A DNA stretch of 63,963 nucleotides, the filler included, from Choristocarpus tenellus KU-1152 (lineage: Eukaryota; Protista; Phaeophyceae): NCBI GenBank assembly GCA_964200185.2. It is 11 parts of 11 records of this genome, joined end to end, with 100 filler letters (N's around TTAATTAATTAA, not from the genome) between each part and the next. Parts side by side here need not be neighbours in the genome. Positions count along the whole stretch, not along the records: positions 57,453 to 63,963 come from CAXNAD020007978.1; 10 more parts are not named here. One strand, given 5' to 3'. The translations under genes and the position numbers were made by a program. Below are positions 61,577 through 63,963 of this stretch, piece after piece. The notes beneath the pieces are model-generated. The model worked only from the letters and a program-made list of their open reading frames with translations. It was not told the DNA's origin and searched no databases. The first letter of the stretch is position 1. The number at the start of each line of letters is the position of its first letter.

Positions 61577-63542
61577 TCCCGTACAGGGTGTGGGGGGTAA
61601 TATTCCATAGAGGAAAACAATGAAGCAATAGTTTTAATATTGGACACCTGTTAGTTACCCTCAAGGTGTAATGTTTGTATGGTGGGGATGTAGGGAGTAT
61701 GGATGAAGGAAGCTACCTCCATGAACAAGAACGTTTATATTGATAGTGTCAACATGGATAAATGTGTAATGAGAGTACGTCAGTGTGCATGAGGAGTGTG
61801 TGCAACCTGACTGGGAATCTCTACAGGGGTAAATTTGTTCTTGCTACAATACCAGTTTTGTTTTTTGTGTGTTTCCTCTTGATTGTGCATAGGTAAATGC
61901 AAGGTAGAATGTGATGTTGTAGATGGCGTTTTTACCTCCTGTTGTTACCTTCTTCATATTAATGGGGCACTGTACTCTGGTGTAGGTTCAGCGCAATGTT
62001 TCTTGTACACTGATAAGGGCATGGGACAAGACCCCTTGGGCTGCTGCTGCTGCTGATTTTTGAAACCTGTTCAAGCTCTCTGCTTTTTGGCAGTCATCAG
62101 TGATAAGGAGCCTTGTTCCAGTGTGTGCCCTTGATAAATGCGTCTGATCAGCATCCATTCCATTTGTTCACCACCCTACATGCACTTTTTTTGCATGAGC
62201 AGCAGACAGTGACTGCGCCGTTTTTGGTTGGATTGGTGTCAAATGGTTCATTAGATACGTTTTGTGTAACATACATTTGTTTGCAGGCAATGAGTGTGTG
62301 CCATGTGTGTGAGGGAGTGTTGATTGTGTTGTGTTAGGAAGTTATAATCGGTTTGACCACAAAGGCCTGTACAGAGAGGTCTTGGACACATGTGCCCTTC
62401 CAAAGTCCAAAGTCCCAAAAGTAACATCGAGCCTTCCCTTGACCTTTCCTTCGATGATAGATGTTTTAAATTGGGTTTTTGTTTTTGTATTATCTTGTTT
62501 GGTAGGACGAGTAGGGTTGGATAGACACTGCATCTGCTCTGGCGTGCAGGTTTGCTTGCTGTTGTGCATAGGTGTCACCTCCTGGCCTTACTAAGCTACA
62601 ATATTTTGCTGGATCTATCTGTTCCGCTTGGTTCATACTCTACGGAACATGATGTCGTTCAGGTTCCTATTTCAGAACACTCTCGTTAGTAGAGACCACA
62701 ATTTCCTTCAGTTATTTGTTGGTTCTGAAGGCAAAGCTTAGCTGTCCATTTGATTCTTGGTTCTTGTTTTGTTTGGAAGTTGTGACTGTCCTTTCCGATG
62801 TAACCACCAGTGACATGCTATTTTACTTTTATCTTCAGAGTAACACAGGCAATATGTGAGTGTCACTTTCTACTGTATCTTTGAGTACACAACCTTTTTT
62901 TCACTAGAACATGGGAATAACTCCGTACATCACTTCATCGTACGTGAGAATTGTTTTTTTTAATATTTATGTTCAAATTACACCACAAATGACAAAAAAG
63001 TAGAAATATCAACTTTAAAGGCAAATATAAAAATATAATGCAGTACAAAGACGCACAAACACATCCACAGTCCACATTTCATGAATTCAATATAAACCGT
63101 CCACTCAAACATAATACAGGGAAAGGATGAGTGGTGGGAGGACAAGTTGCACAACAAGTGAAGGGTTGTGCTACTTCCAAAGGAACAACATTTCACCTTT
63201 TGGGTTCACTTCCAATGGTTGAAAACTGATCGCAAATGGTTACTGTTCTGGACACAACAAACTTGCCAACCCTCATCACTATATCTAAAAAGTACCCAAC
63301 CAACCAAGCGTATAGAGCATACGACAAGTTCAAGTTACAAAATACTACTTCTCAAACATCACACTGGCTCTAAATCTGACTGACCACAACACCACACGCA
63401 CAAGGTACATTTTGAGAGGCTAAGTCTTCCATCCCTATCCCCAGTCTTCCCTCCTCCCAACGTTGCCACTCCCACTTGGAAGCACTGTCTACAATAACAC
63501 TTTCAACAAAATATACAACAGTATTCCATATTCCTGCCCAGT

Positions 63543-63727
63543 TCATCTCTCTCGTTCTGCGTCCATCTGCATCATGATATCTCTGAGGATGTTTCTCCTG
63601 TCACGCCACATGGCAGCCGACTTGAAGTCCGTCTTCCCTGCTGCCTCCCTCATCTTCGAACCTGCCTGCTCAACCAGCCTCTCTAAGGCTTCTTCCGTCG
63701 CCTTGCCAGGCGTTAACATGTGACCGC
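63543..63727 (-). CDS. Terminal exon encoding a UVR (UvrB/UvrC) coiled-coil domain
   Basis: Not in the ORF track. AAAG acceptor after a pyrimidine tract, then GHMLTPGKATEEALERLVEQAGSKMREAAGKTDFKSAAMWRDRRNILRDIMMQMDAERER*, matching the UVR pattern M..AA...dF..AA..RD. Confidence 0.7.
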
Positions 63728-63963
63728 CTTTAGGGTGGGAGGAGGAAGAGGATGCACCAGAGGAAAGGTCGAAGAGAAGTTGAACCTAGAAATAATAAAA
63801 AAAACAATGAACATGGCAAAGAAAAACAAGAGCACAGGTCCAAGCAGGTGGAGTGTGATGGAATGAGGGAAAAGGTGTTGGGAGAGGTGTGGGACAGGCA
63901 GGTGCATAAGGTGGATTGGTGGGGGAGGGGGGGGGAGACACAGAGATGAGATTGGCTGCCAAG

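Noticed and set aside
1-63963. Treating the genes as a functional cluster or operon
   Set aside because: Ten artificial linkers show the genes lie on separate contigs, so their adjacency is arbitrary.

Overview
This is eukaryotic nuclear DNA, most likely from a photosynthetic stramenopile such as a brown alga (inferred from long GT-AG introns, TTAGGG tracts, the TE types and the gene set). The window is not one locus: it is 11 draft contigs joined by artificial 100-bp N/TTAATTAATTAA/N linkers, so adjacency across linkers means nothing. By hand-splicing exons I recover partial multi-exon genes for a bacterial-type soluble pyridine nucleotide transhydrogenase (SthA/UdhA-like), a divergent actin-related protein, a formin (FH2), a HECT E3 ligase, a SUT/SLC45 sugar transporter, BOP1/Erb1, a membrane-anchored S8 subtilase with a putative cytosolic C2H2 finger, and a terminal UVR-domain exon. 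The rest is mostly decayed TEs (Copia, Gypsy-like, two IS630-Tc1-mariner types, hAT, probable LINE), Harbinger-like MITEs with 3-bp TSDs, and mini/microsatellites. The most notable items are: (1) the intron-containing SthA with a ~140-aa insert; (2) the SUT with His at the conserved proton-coupling Asp position; (3) the subtilase-TM-zinc-finger architecture; (4) a tRNA-Gln-primed gag/protease-only LTR element carrying three hairpin-enclosed polypurine-tract modules. All family assignments come from motif recognition by eye; no database search was run.
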